Part shown: piece by piece, positions 1 through 8,742 of the stretch | Layout of the letters: each line of letters starts with the position of its first letter | Numbering within the stretch: the first letter of the stretch is position 1 | Source: Balneolaceae bacterium | GTDB lineage: Bacteria > Bacteroidota > Rhodothermia > Balneolales > Balneolaceae | Direction: 5' to 3' | DNA: 58,782 nucleotides | Assembly (NCBI GenBank): GCA_040905285.1 | Contig: JBBDRV010000010.1 | Span: 1 to 58,782, forward strand | Program-made: the position numbers and the translations under genes | The notes under the pieces: model-generated | Database searches by the model: none | Told to the model about the DNA's origin: nothing | Seen by the model: only the letters and a program-made list of their open reading frames with translations

Positions 1-55
1 CTTCGCGCGCCTTGACCTTGACGTTTTTTTAGGACACTATGAGTTTTCTTACAAA
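1..55. repeat. Window-truncated right arm and tail of a dispersed palindromic repeat element, identical to 2285..2339
   Basis: cttcgcgcgccttgaccttgacgtttttttaggacactatgagttttcttacaaa is read at 1..55 and again, 55/55 identical, at 2285..2339. Confidence 0.9.
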
Positions 56-91
56 TCCTAATTAACAGGAGTAACCATCAGCGGGAAATTT

Positions 92-562
92 ATGAATATC
101 TACTCACTTCTTTCTGAAAACACGATCATTCCGGATCTGACAGTGCAGGATAAGGATGATCTGCTGAACCGGCTTGTCGATCTGCTGGAAAACCAGATTA
201 GCGAAGAACAGCTGGAATCTGTTCGGAAAGCGGTGTTCGAACGGGAAGCAATCATGTCTACCGGAGTGGGCAAGGGGCTTGCAATCCCTCACGGGAAAGC
301 GGCCGGAATAGATTCGAGCCATGCCAGCTTTGCCATCCTTTCGGAACCGGTTGATTACGAATCCATCGATGGTAAACCTGTCCGGATAGTTTTTCTGCTG
401 GTCGGCCCGGAATCCAAAAACAGTATTCACATTAAGTTGTTGAGCAGGATTTCAAGATTGATGAACAGCAGTGCCTTCAGGAAAAGGCTTTTTGATTGCA
501 GGAAACCCGATGAGGTTCTGGATCAGTTTCGCAGGGAAGAGCAGCGGTCTTTTAATACATAA
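92..562 (+). CDS. ptsN: PTS EIIA type-2 nitrogen-regulatory protein (EIIA-Ntr, PtsN-like)
   Basis: 156-aa ORF of typical PtsN size with active-site block GVGKGLAIPHGK (phosphorylatable His). Confidence 0.85.
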   Translation: MNIYSLLSENTIIPDLTVQDKDDLLNRLVDLLENQISEEQLESVRKAVFEREAIMSTGVGKGLAIPHGKAAGIDSSHASFAILSEPVDYESIDGKPVRIVFLLVGPESKNSIHIKLLSRISRLMNSSAFRKRLFDCRKPDEVLDQFRREEQRSFNT

Positions 563-571
563 TTTTCCCGG

Positions 572-2203
572 ATGCACGATTCCCGGCAGTCACCGTCGAA
601 CCCACAGTTACCGTCGAATCCACAGTCACAGTCGAAGCCAGAGTCACAGTCGAACCCACAGCCACAGTCGAACCCACAGCCGTACAGCAAAATCCACAGC
701 CAGATGAAGGCATCAACAGTACCCATTGTACTAACAGGAGTTTCGCGGCAAAGCCTTTCATCCTGCATGCACCTGTTCCTGCTTTCTGCCGTACTGGTCT
801 GTCTTCCGGGGCGGGCTGAGGCCCAGCTGTCGGAGCCGATCACCTCCATTATCGAAGAGAGCGCGGGAGCGGACGCTTTCTGGTCCGTAATCGTTACGGA
901 CAGTTCAGGTGTGATGGTGGAGCAGTATAATGAAAGCAAGCTGATCCGCCCGGCTTCCGTTCACAAGCTGATGACATCCGCCGCCATTCTTCATCTGCTC
1001 GGACCTGATTACAGGTACCTGACCACGCTTTACGGCAGGGGAGACCAGCAAGGAAATGTCTGGAGAGGAGACCTGCTGATTCGCGGGTCCGGCGACCCCA
1101 CCATAAATGATGATTTTTACAGTGACCCGCTCTTCCTCTTTGAAAAATGGGCCCGGCTGTTCGAATCGCTCGGCATCACCCGTATTGACGGTAATATCGT
1201 GGGAAATGAAAGCTTTTTCGATGATGTCCCCTATCCCAGGGGCTGGGAGTGGGATGACCTTTCCTATTATTACGGCGTCGAAACCAATGCGTTGTCTTTC
1301 AATAAAAATGTCGTAAACCTGGAAGTGCTGACGGACGGAGAAGTGGGGTCCGCTCCTGAAATCCGGTGGTTTCCGTTTAACACACCCTTTGTCAGTTTTG
1401 TCAATGAGCAGGTCATTACCCCTCCTGAAGCGTCATATGACGAATCTTACAGACGGGTTATGGGAACCAATACGATTATTCTGAGAAGCAGTCTCCCCCA
1501 GGGGTATTATGAGACAGAGCCGCTGTCGGTAACCCGCCCGTCCCTCTACTTTATAGATACATTCAGGCAATACCTGGAGCAGCGGGGCATCCGGGTGACG
1601 GGCAGTCTGGTGGTTGACCGGCGGTCCCGCAGCTGGGGAAGCGGCGAGTACAGGGTTCTGGATGTCCATGAATCTGTGCCTCTGTACGAGGTGTTGAGGG
1701 AAAATAACCAGAACAGCAATAATTTTTATTCTGAAATGCTACTCAAAACAGTGGCCGCAGAGAGGTATTCCACTGAAGGCAGCACAGAACTGGGGCTCGA
1801 GGCCGTCAGCCGGTTTCTCCACTCTGCCGGGCTGGATACCAGTGCCGTACGTATGCGTGATGCCTCCGGAATGTCTCCGGCAAATCTGGTCAGGGCGTCC
1901 GATTTAAATCATTTGCTGTTTGAGTTGAAGTCCATGGATCATTTTGACCGTTACCGGAACAGCCTGGCGGTTGCCGGTAACTCGGGAACCCTGCAGTACC
2001 GTTTCCGGAACAGTCCCGTACGAGGCAATTTCCAGGGTAAAACCGGTTTTTTATCGGGTGTCCGAACAATTTCAGGTTATTTGAAGGCACGAAGTGACCA
2101 GGAAGTGATTGTTACGATCGTGACCAATAATCATACGGCGGAAACCGGTGTGATCGACCGGTTGCATCAGCGTATTCTGGAGGTTATCTATTCCTTATAT
2201 TAG
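572..2203 (+). CDS. dacB: D-alanyl-D-alanine carboxypeptidase/endopeptidase, PBP4 family (peptidase S13)
   Basis: SxxK (ASVHKL), SNN (NSNNFYSE) and KTG (QGKTGF) motifs. Signal-like segment MHLFLLSAVLVCLPGRAEA. Start is ambiguous: ATG at 572, 704 or 767. The longest form adds a hexapeptide-repeat N-terminus. Confidence 0.85.
   Translation: MHDSRQSPSNPQLPSNPQSQSKPESQSNPQPQSNPQPYSKIHSQMKASTVPIVLTGVSRQSLSSCMHLFLLSAVLVCLPGRAEAQLSEPITSIIEESAGADAFWSVIVTDSSGVMVEQYNESKLIRPASVHKLMTSAAILHLLGPDYRYLTTLYGRGDQQGNVWRGDLLIRGSGDPTINDDFYSDPLFLFEKWARLFESLGITRIDGNIVGNESFFDDVPYPRGWEWDDLSYYYGVETNALSFNKNVVNLEVLTDGEVGSAPEIRWFPFNTPFVSFVNEQVITPPEASYDESYRRVMGTNTIILRSSLPQGYYETEPLSVTRPSLYFIDTFRQYLEQRGIRVTGSLVVDRRSRSWGSGEYRVLDVHESVPLYEVLRENNQNSNNFYSEMLLKTVAAERYSTEGSTELGLEAVSRFLHSAGLDTSAVRMRDASGMSPANLVRASDLNHLLFELKSMDHFDRYRNSLAVAGNSGTLQYRFRNSPVRGNFQGKTGFLSGVRTISGYLKARSDQEVIVTIVTNNHTAETGVIDRLHQRILEVIYSLY
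590..699. repeat. 18-bp tandem repeat, five units plus one degenerate 20-bp unit
   Basis: Units tcaccgtcgaacccacag, ttaccgtcgaatccacag, tcacagtcgaagccagag, tcacagtcgaacccacag, ccacagtcgaacccacag, ccgtacagcaaaatccacag. In frame with ATG 572 they read SPSNPQ-like hexapeptides. Confidence 0.95.
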
Positions 2204-2339
2204 TGTCTCTGAGAAAACGTCAATCCTGCGTTCCACTTGCCCCAAAAATGCTCATGTACGCTTGGTACACTGTGCTTTTTGGGGCTTCGCGCGCCTTGAC
2301 CTTGACGTTTTTTTAGGACACTATGAGTTTTCTTACAAA
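2203..2339. repeat. Full copy of the palindromic repeat element (long imperfect hairpin plus conserved 3' tail); may act as an intrinsic terminator after dacB
   Basis: Nested perfect stems: gtgtc 2203-2207 with gacac 2317-2321; aaaacgtcaa 2214-2223 with ttgacgtttt 2302-2311 (followed by a T7 run); ccccaaaaa 2240-2248 with tttttgggg 2276-2284. The element starts at the last base of the dacB stop codon. Confidence 0.8.
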
Positions 2340-2358
2340 CAGAGTTTTCTTACAAACA
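2325..2358. repeat. Exact 17-bp tandem duplication (gagttttcttacaaaca x2) at the tail of the palindromic element
   Basis: Direct reading. The copy at window start (41..55) has only one unit. Confidence 0.95.
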
Positions 2359-2385
2359 CTATATTAGACTGTTTATAAATCGGCG

Positions 2386-2411
2386 TTGCTGACTTTGTTT
2401 GCTGACTTTCG
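2386..2411. repeat. 13-bp tandem duplication (ttgctgactttgt / ttgctgactttcg)
   Basis: Direct reading; 11/13 identical. Confidence 0.8.
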
Positions 2412-2557
2412 ATTCACGCTCCGGCGCCCGTCATCGGGTAAACGTCACCACTGGCGGCCCGTCCGCGGGGGGCTGTGCATGCCCGCAGCATGAAACGGGG
2501 TCGGACAGCCGGATACACCGTATTTTACCGCTTTAACCCGTTATTGACTGACAACAG

Positions 2558-3937
2558 ATGTCTTCGAAAAAGGCGACCATCCTTATTACAGATGATGAAA
2601 AAAGTATCCGGAATACCCTGAGGGAGATACTGGAATATGAGAATTACCGGGTTCTGGAGGCTGAAAACGGGGAAGAGGCGCTGGAAACACTGGGATGCAA
2701 CGCGGTCGACCTGGTTCTCCTGGATATAAAAATGCGGGGAATGGATGGGATCGAAGTACTCGAGAAGATCAGGGAGAACGGGTGGGATGTGCCCGTCATT
2801 CTCGTCTCCGGACACGGGACAATCGAAATAGCCGTGGAGGCGACAAAGAAGGGGGCGTATGACTTCCTGGAAAAGCCACCCGATCTGAACCGTTTCCTGG
2901 TTACTGTCCGGAATGCACTTGAGAACAAGCAACTGCTCCGGGAGAACCGCCGGATGCGCAGCAAGCTGAACGGGGTCCAGGAGATTATCGGCAAAAGCCA
3001 CCAGATTGAGCGTATAAAAACGACGATCCGCAAGGTGGCGCCAAGCCAGAGCAGGGTGCTGATTACCGGAGAAAACGGGACGGGGAAAGAGCTGGTGGCT
3101 CTCTGGATTCACGAAAACAGTCCGCGGCAGGATCAGCCTTTTATTGACGTCAATTGTGCCGCCATCCCATCTGAGCTGCTTGAGAGTGAGCTGTTCGGCC
3201 ATGAAAAGGGATCCTTTACCGGAGCTGACCAGCAGAGAATCGGGAAGATTGAACAGGCGGACGGGGGAACCCTGTTTCTGGATGAAATAGGGGACATGAG
3301 TCCGGATGCCCAGGCGAAAATGCTTCGGACACTCCAGGAAAAAAGCATAACGAGAGTGGGCGGGAATGAAAATATACCTGTGAATGTACGGATTCTCGCT
3401 GCCACAAATAAGGATTTGTCTAAAGAGATCGCCGGTAAACGGTTCCGTGAAGACCTTTATCACAGGATCAACGTAATACCGATTCATGTACCGCCCCTGC
3501 GTGAGAGAAAGGAGGATATTCCGCTGATCGTTCAGTATTTTCTGCAAAGTCTGGCCAGTGAGGATATCATTTACAGCGGGCATTCTTTCAGTGCCGAAGC
3601 GATAGAAAAGCTGAAGAACCTGACATGGTCCGGCAATGTCCGGGAATTGCAGAATGTGGTTGAAAGGCTGGTCCTGCTGTCACCGGACAGTGAAATTACC
3701 GGCCGGGATGTGGATACCTATGTGAAGGAGCGGCTGAAGAATGAAGCTGAACTGGATGAACTGATTGAAAACAACCGCACGTTCCAGTCCTTCAAGGAAG
3801 AGGCGGAACGGCTTTTCCTGATCCGGAAGCTGAAAGAAAATGACTGGAACGTCAGCCAGACGGCTGAATCGATTAACATCCAGAGAAGTCATGTGTATAA
3901 TAAAATGAAGAAATATGACATCGAGAAACAGAACTGA
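2558..3937 (+). CDS. Sigma-54-dependent response regulator (NtrC family: receiver + AAA+ + Fis-type HTH)
   Basis: Receiver domain (ILITDDE..., LLDIKMRGMDG), Walker A GENGTGKE, GAFTGA-type loop EKGSFTGA, C-terminal HTH (NVSQTAESINIQRSHVYNKMKKY). No adjacent histidine kinase. Confidence 0.9.
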   Translation: MSSKKATILITDDEKSIRNTLREILEYENYRVLEAENGEEALETLGCNAVDLVLLDIKMRGMDGIEVLEKIRENGWDVPVILVSGHGTIEIAVEATKKGAYDFLEKPPDLNRFLVTVRNALENKQLLRENRRMRSKLNGVQEIIGKSHQIERIKTTIRKVAPSQSRVLITGENGTGKELVALWIHENSPRQDQPFIDVNCAAIPSELLESELFGHEKGSFTGADQQRIGKIEQADGGTLFLDEIGDMSPDAQAKMLRTLQEKSITRVGGNENIPVNVRILAATNKDLSKEIAGKRFREDLYHRINVIPIHVPPLRERKEDIPLIVQYFLQSLASEDIIYSGHSFSAEAIEKLKNLTWSGNVRELQNVVERLVLLSPDSEITGRDVDTYVKERLKNEAELDELIENNRTFQSFKEEAERLFLIRKLKENDWNVSQTAESINIQRSHVYNKMKKYDIEKQN

Positions 3938-3978
3938 CCCCGGTCCCGAGGATGTCTGGCAGGCCCGGCAAACACTGA

Positions 3979-4890
3979 ATGAACATCCAGGACATGAGTG
4001 CAAAACAGATAGATGGTAAAAAAGTTGCGGAATCGATCAGAAGCCTTGTTCGGGAAGATGTAAGGGAGTGGGTTTCGTCAGGCAACCGCAAACCTTTTCT
4101 GCAGGTCATACAAATAGGTACGGACCCGGGCTCGACCACCTATATCAGGGCCAAGACCAAGGCCTGCAAAGATGTCGGAATCGACACGGGTACCAACCGC
4201 CTGCCCGATACGATTCCGGCCAAAGAGCTGAAAAGAGTTATTCAGGAGTATAACCGGGATGATGATGTAGACGGCATCCTGGTCCAGCTCCCGCTGCCGA
4301 CTCACCTTTCCTCTCACGATGTCATTGAATCGATCGATTATCGCAAGGATGTGGACGGATTCCATCCGATGAACGTCGGCAGGCTGGCGGTGGATCAGCC
4401 GACATTCCGCTCATGTACGCCTGCAGGTATTTTTGAACTGTTCAAATACTACAGCATTACGGTAAAAAGCAAACATGCGGTGGTTATCGGCGCCAGCAAC
4501 ATCGTCGGCTCCCCCATGGCCATCATGCTTTCCCGGGAAAACAGTACGGGCAAGGCAACAACCACGATCTGCCACAAATTCACACGGGATCTCACACAGC
4601 ATACGATCAGCGCCGACATCCTGGTGGTGGCTGCGGGCCAGCCCAATTTGATAAAAGGGGAAATGGTCAAGGAAGGGGTGATTGTGATTGATGTGGGAAT
4701 CAACCGTGTCGCTGATGAAACCACCAAAAAGGGATACAAGCTGGTCGGCGACTGTGAATACGAGAGTGTGAAAGAGAAAGCCGGCTGGATTACACCGGTG
4801 CCCGGGGGTGTGGGGCCCATGACGGTGGCCATGCTGATGAAGAATACGCTCCTTGCTGCAAAGAAGTCGATCTATCCGGAAAACAGATAG
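3979..4890 (+). CDS. folD: Bifunctional methylenetetrahydrofolate dehydrogenase/cyclohydrolase
   Basis: 303 aa; DGILVQLPLP block, VVIGASNIVGSPMA Rossmann segment, PGGVGPMTVAML C-terminal block. Confidence 0.92.
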   Translation: MNIQDMSAKQIDGKKVAESIRSLVREDVREWVSSGNRKPFLQVIQIGTDPGSTTYIRAKTKACKDVGIDTGTNRLPDTIPAKELKRVIQEYNRDDDVDGILVQLPLPTHLSSHDVIESIDYRKDVDGFHPMNVGRLAVDQPTFRSCTPAGIFELFKYYSITVKSKHAVVIGASNIVGSPMAIMLSRENSTGKATTTICHKFTRDLTQHTISADILVVAAGQPNLIKGEMVKEGVIVIDVGINRVADETTKKGYKLVGDCEYESVKEKAGWITPVPGGVGPMTVAMLMKNTLLAAKKSIYPENR

Positions 4891-4985
4891 AGCAGAGTAT
4901 TCAGGCAGCGTCCTCCGGCCATGCCTGCAGGGCGGTTATCCTGCAGGACGGTTGTGGTGAGACCGGCATCTGTTCCTGTCCGGTC

Positions 4986-6458
4986 TCAGTGGGCGAATCC
5001 CTCTCTCAGGCGTTTCCTGTCGATTTTGCCGGATGCCGTGAAGGGAAATTCATCGAGGATGACTATCCGCTTTGGTATTTTATAGGGGGACAGGGTTTTC
5101 CTGAGGGAGGATTTGAGGGATTCCTCTTCAGGTTCGCAGCCGTTGGCAGGCAGGACGAATGCCGTGACTGCCTGGCCCCATTCGGCATCCGCCACACCGA
5201 CCACTGCAGCTTCAGCTATGTTTTCGAGATCCTCAAGTGCCGATTCCACTTCAAAGGGATTGACATTTTCTCCGCCGGTAAGGATCAGGTCTGTACGTCT
5301 CGTCTCGATAAACAGCTGATCGTATCGGTTCAGATACCCGTAATCCCCCGTCCTGAACCATCCGTCCCTGTCAAAATTCCCCTCATTCTGCCGTTTGTCG
5401 AGATAGCCGTCAAATACCTGCGGACCGCGCACCCAGACCATCCCGGCTTCGTTCCGGGAAAGCGGCCGGCCGCTGTCATCCCGGATCTGGACGGAATTCG
5501 GTTTGAAGATCCGGCCGACACTTTTTTTCGGATGATAGATACCGCTTGGCTTCAGATAGGGATTGGCTGCAATCTGGCCGCAGGTCTCCGTCATGCCGTA
5601 GCTTGATACGATCGGTATGCCCCGTTCAATGGACTGCCGGATGAGTGTGGGTGTGATCGGGCCTCCGCCGAGCAGGATCGCCTGGAAGTCAAGGTGTACC
5701 CGGAATGCGGGTAATTTAAGGAGCCGGTTGAGCATGGTGGGTACGAGCGAGGCGATCTGGAACAGTTTGTTTTCGGACAGGAAAGTTATTACCTGTTCAT
5801 GATCAAACCGATCCATTCTGTAGATGGCAGCCTGATAGAGAATGCATCGTATGATGATACTGATGCCGCCTATGTGGTTCAGGGGCAGGCAAAGAAGCCA
5901 ATACTCGTTTGTTTCAGGTTGGAAATTGGTACCGGAGGCATGTGAGGCATAGAGGATCTGCCGCCTTTTGAGTGGTACGATTTTCGGAACCCCGGTGCTC
6001 CCGGAGGTGAGAAAATAACCCATCAGTTTTTCCGGGGCATAACTGCTGAACCGTGACCGGTCGGTTTTCCCCTGCAGCTCCAACTTGAAAGAGGGTACAA
6101 AGAGGGAAGGCAGGGGATCCAGCCTGTTATCCGGGTCATTATCGGTTATCACCACAGACGGGCTGATTACGGAGAGAACGGTTTCAAGTTCAGAGTCTGT
6201 CATCTCCGGGGAAAGTGGCAAAAAGGGGTATTGAAGCAGCCAGCAGGCCGCAAGTATGAACACCTGCTGATTGGAGGACGAGGCAAACAGGATGACTGGC
6301 CGGTCGTCAGAAATTTCGTAGGATTCCAGTGCCTCATTCAGCCAGGAGGCAAATGCATAGAGATTTCTGTAGTCGTACAGCTCATCCTCTGATGCCAAAA
6401 ACTGCAGTTCCCCGTCGGGGAGCGGATAGTGGGGCGGCTCAATGGACAGGGTATTCAT
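4986..6458 (-). CDS. menE: o-succinylbenzoate-CoA ligase (AMP-binding family)
   Basis: AMP-binding motifs LTSGSTGVPK, YGMTE, TGDYGY; lies in the men cluster. Start set at ATG 6458 (MNTLSIEPP...), which overlaps a TGA. The track ORF extends to 6548 only by reading through the menC 3' end. Confidence 0.85.
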   Translation of the reverse strand: MNTLSIEPPHYPLPDGELQFLASEDELYDYRNLYAFASWLNEALESYEISDDRPVILFASSSNQQVFILAACWLLQYPFLPLSPEMTDSELETVLSVISPSVVITDNDPDNRLDPLPSLFVPSFKLELQGKTDRSRFSSYAPEKLMGYFLTSGSTGVPKIVPLKRRQILYASHASGTNFQPETNEYWLLCLPLNHIGGISIIIRCILYQAAIYRMDRFDHEQVITFLSENKLFQIASLVPTMLNRLLKLPAFRVHLDFQAILLGGGPITPTLIRQSIERGIPIVSSYGMTETCGQIAANPYLKPSGIYHPKKSVGRIFKPNSVQIRDDSGRPLSRNEAGMVWVRGPQVFDGYLDKRQNEGNFDRDGWFRTGDYGYLNRYDQLFIETRRTDLILTGGENVNPFEVESALEDLENIAEAAVVGVADAEWGQAVTAFVLPANGCEPEEESLKSSLRKTLSPYKIPKRIVILDEFPFTASGKIDRKRLREGFAH

Positions 6459-6480
6459 AAAATGGACAGGGTATTCATAA
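6441..6480. repeat. Exact 20-bp tandem duplication (aatggacagggtattcataa x2) spanning the menC stop and menE start
   Basis: Direct reading. Both minus-strand copies contain ATGAATACCCTGTCCATT. Confidence 0.97.
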
Positions 6481-7560
6481 AACCTTGATTTTGGACAGAT
6501 TTTCCATAGAGCAATGATTAAAGGGGAGGCACCAGGTGCCCCCGTCACCGGTATCTATCGACCCGCCGGTAATCTCCGTGTTATACAGATCATGCCTGAA
6601 CAGCCGGCCGGTATCCAGCCCGTGGGCCAGATGCCCGGAACCGATTCGTGAGGCAAGTTGTGCTACAGAAAACCTGCCGATACCCGATTCAAGGCTGGTG
6701 GTACAGACCCTGTTTATACTATGAGTCTCTTTTTTGAAACTTGTTTCAATTAATTCCCGAATATTGCCGAGAAGCATCGGTTTCAGGATAACGGTATCGG
6801 CGGCACCGGTGGAAGCAATCAGCCTGATCATATCTGCAGTCCGGACCGACTCGTCCAGGGCAATCGGTACGGCCGATCGCTTCTTCAGTTCGGCGCACTG
6901 TGAAAGGTGTTCGAAAAAGCAGGGCTCTTCACAATACTCGACGGGCAGCCTGCTGAATTTTTCCAGAAAGCCGGGTGCCTTCTCAAGCGGCCAGCAGCGG
7001 TTGGGGTCCAGCCGGAAAGTCAGCTCCGGATATTGTTCAGCCGCTTCCCCAAGAATGGCAGGCAGGGTACCGGGGTCCGGACCGCACTTGAATTTTATCG
7101 TCCGGTAGCCGTTCCGGTAGAGTGAATGGACGGCCGCCCGGATATCTTCATCCCGCCCGAGACCGATCACGCCATTCACCCTGAGCTTTTTTGCCGGTCC
7201 GGCCGGCGGCAGGCTCTCTGCTGTACCGGTTTTTACGGATGAAACCAGATGAAGAGCCAGACAGCTGATTCCAAACTGGACGGAGGGCGGATAACGGGTC
7301 CGCTTTAGTGTCTGAAGCAGCTGTTCCGGAGTGTTTACCGAAGAGAGAAAGGCAGACAATTCCTGCCGGCGGGAAGCCAGCAGGGGAATTACCTCAGTCA
7401 GGGACTCTTCTGAAAAGCCGGGAAGCGGTGCAATTTCAGATACGATGTCACTCCCCCGGCCGGTATAGCGCAGTATCACACCTTCGCGAAAGGGATAGGA
7501 CCGGCCGGATGTGCGGAAAGGCTGTTTAAACCCGAGTCGATATCTGTATAGGGAGATCAC
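6475..7560 (-). CDS. menC: o-succinylbenzoate synthase (enolase superfamily)
   Basis: 361 aa. Enolase-superfamily metal and catalytic blocks (IKFKCG, RLDPNRCW, YCEEP, ALDES). Sits between menA and menE with a 4-nt overlap to menA. Confidence 0.85.
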   Translation of the reverse strand: MISLYRYRLGFKQPFRTSGRSYPFREGVILRYTGRGSDIVSEIAPLPGFSEESLTEVIPLLASRRQELSAFLSSVNTPEQLLQTLKRTRYPPSVQFGISCLALHLVSSVKTGTAESLPPAGPAKKLRVNGVIGLGRDEDIRAAVHSLYRNGYRTIKFKCGPDPGTLPAILGEAAEQYPELTFRLDPNRCWPLEKAPGFLEKFSRLPVEYCEEPCFFEHLSQCAELKKRSAVPIALDESVRTADMIRLIASTGAADTVILKPMLLGNIRELIETSFKKETHSINRVCTTSLESGIGRFSVAQLASRIGSGHLAHGLDTGRLFRHDLYNTEITGGSIDTGDGGTWCLPFNHCSMENLSKIKVL

Positions 7561-8447
7561 GTTTTCTGCATCAGAATACCTATGGAATAAAGTATGCCGA
7601 ACACAGTCATAAACCGGGCTGTATGCTCAAGCGTCTTATTCAGTACGGCTTTGTCATGGTGGAACCAAACTTCACGTAATATGAAAAGACCCAGGGGAAA
7701 AGCCAACAGCGGCAGAAAAACAGCTCCTGAATAGTGAAAGCCGGTATACAGGAACGGCAGTGTGGCATAGGCCAGGATGTGCATAGCCAGATATTCAAGT
7801 TTCAACGCCTGCTCACCGAGAAGAACCCCCAGGGTTCGTTTCCCGGCAAGGCGATCCTGGTCGATATCCCTCAGGTTGTTGACCACCAATATGTTGACAC
7901 ACAAGGCTCCTGCCGGAACGGATACCCAGAAGGCTTCAGCCGTCCACTGAAGTGTGTTTACGTAAAAAGTGCCTGTGACGGCTGCAAATCCGAAAAAAAG
8001 GAAAACAAAAATATCACCGAGTCCATTGTAGCCGAGAGGCCAGGGGCCGCCGGTATACAGGATGCCGAAAACAAGGGACAGCACCCCTATCCAGAAGATG
8101 ACCCATCCCCCGATCCAGACCAGGTACAGGCCCGAAAGAAAAGCGATGGCCATAACCAGTATGGCGGCCCTCAACATCGCCGGGGGGCGGACCAGACCCG
8201 AGGCGGTGGCTCGTTTGAAACCGATTCTCCGGTCGGTATCGGAACCTTTCCTGAAATCAAAATAGTCATTTGCAAAGTTGGTCCCGATCTGGATGGCAAG
8301 AGCGCAAAACAGGGCGACAGCAGTGGCTGCCGGTTGAAGCGAATCATGCCTCCATGCCAGGGAGGCTCCGACTAAAACGGGAATGAAAGCAGCTGCAAGC
8401 GTCTGGGGGCGCGCAGCTAAGAACCAGATTTTTATTTTTTCATTCAA
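7557..8447 (-). CDS. menA: 1,4-dihydroxy-2-naphthoate polyprenyltransferase (UbiA family)
   Basis: 296 aa, polytopic membrane protein, UbiA motif NDYFDFRKGSD and second Asp-rich block NNLRDIDQD. Confidence 0.9.
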   Translation of the reverse strand: MNEKIKIWFLAARPQTLAAAFIPVLVGASLAWRHDSLQPAATAVALFCALAIQIGTNFANDYFDFRKGSDTDRRIGFKRATASGLVRPPAMLRAAILVMAIAFLSGLYLVWIGGWVIFWIGVLSLVFGILYTGGPWPLGYNGLGDIFVFLFFGFAAVTGTFYVNTLQWTAEAFWVSVPAGALCVNILVVNNLRDIDQDRLAGKRTLGVLLGEQALKLEYLAMHILAYATLPFLYTGFHYSGAVFLPLLAFPLGLFILREVWFHHDKAVLNKTLEHTARFMTVFGILYSIGILMQKT

Positions 8448-8661
8448 ATGTCAGCCGGTCTCGGTCTTTTCCAACCTATTCAAAAAAGCGGCTGAAAAGA
8501 TAATGAAAAAAACATCGCCTAAAAATATTCGGTATGTCTGCTGCAGTTCCGGAAATAACAGCGAATCATAAAATGGAAGCGCTATCATAACTTATAAATT
8601 AAAGTTTAACGTTTTGACGTATTATTAAATTTAATAAGGTATAACATATGTATTAATTAAT

Positions 8662-8692
8662 TTTGCATAAAGCGTAAATGACCTTATATTTG
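8662..8692 (+). promoter_or_regulatory. Candidate Bacteroidota-type sigma-A promoter for glnN (TTTG-N19-TAnnTTTG)
   Basis: TTTG at 8662-8665, 19-nt spacer, TATATTTG at 8685-8692. Lies 50 nt upstream of the glnN ATG inside a very AT-rich intergenic stretch. Confidence 0.35.
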
Positions 8693-8742
8693 TTCCAGTC
8701 ATCAGAACTTCAACGAAGTTAAAAATACGAAGTACCGATTCT

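Noticed and set aside
2525-3583. Long antisense ORFs: 2525..3583 (352 aa), 9016..9957 (313 aa), 36046..37035 (329 aa), 45289..46194 (301 aa), 39252..39935, 40071..40784, 29192..30004, 31053..31559
   Set aside because: Each lies fully opposite a well-supported conserved gene (the NtrC-like regulator, glnN, purK, the AGCS symporter, icmF, lnt/rsmI, grpE). Their translations are Arg/Pro/Gly-rich and low in complexity with no recognisable motifs. They are typical shadow ORFs.
6459-6548. The N-terminal 30-aa extension of the menE ORF given in the track (start at 6548)
   Set aside because: The extension overlaps the menC 3' end in another frame and reads through the 20-bp duplication. The family-typical N-terminus begins at ATG 6458, which is in ATGA overlap with the preceding stop.
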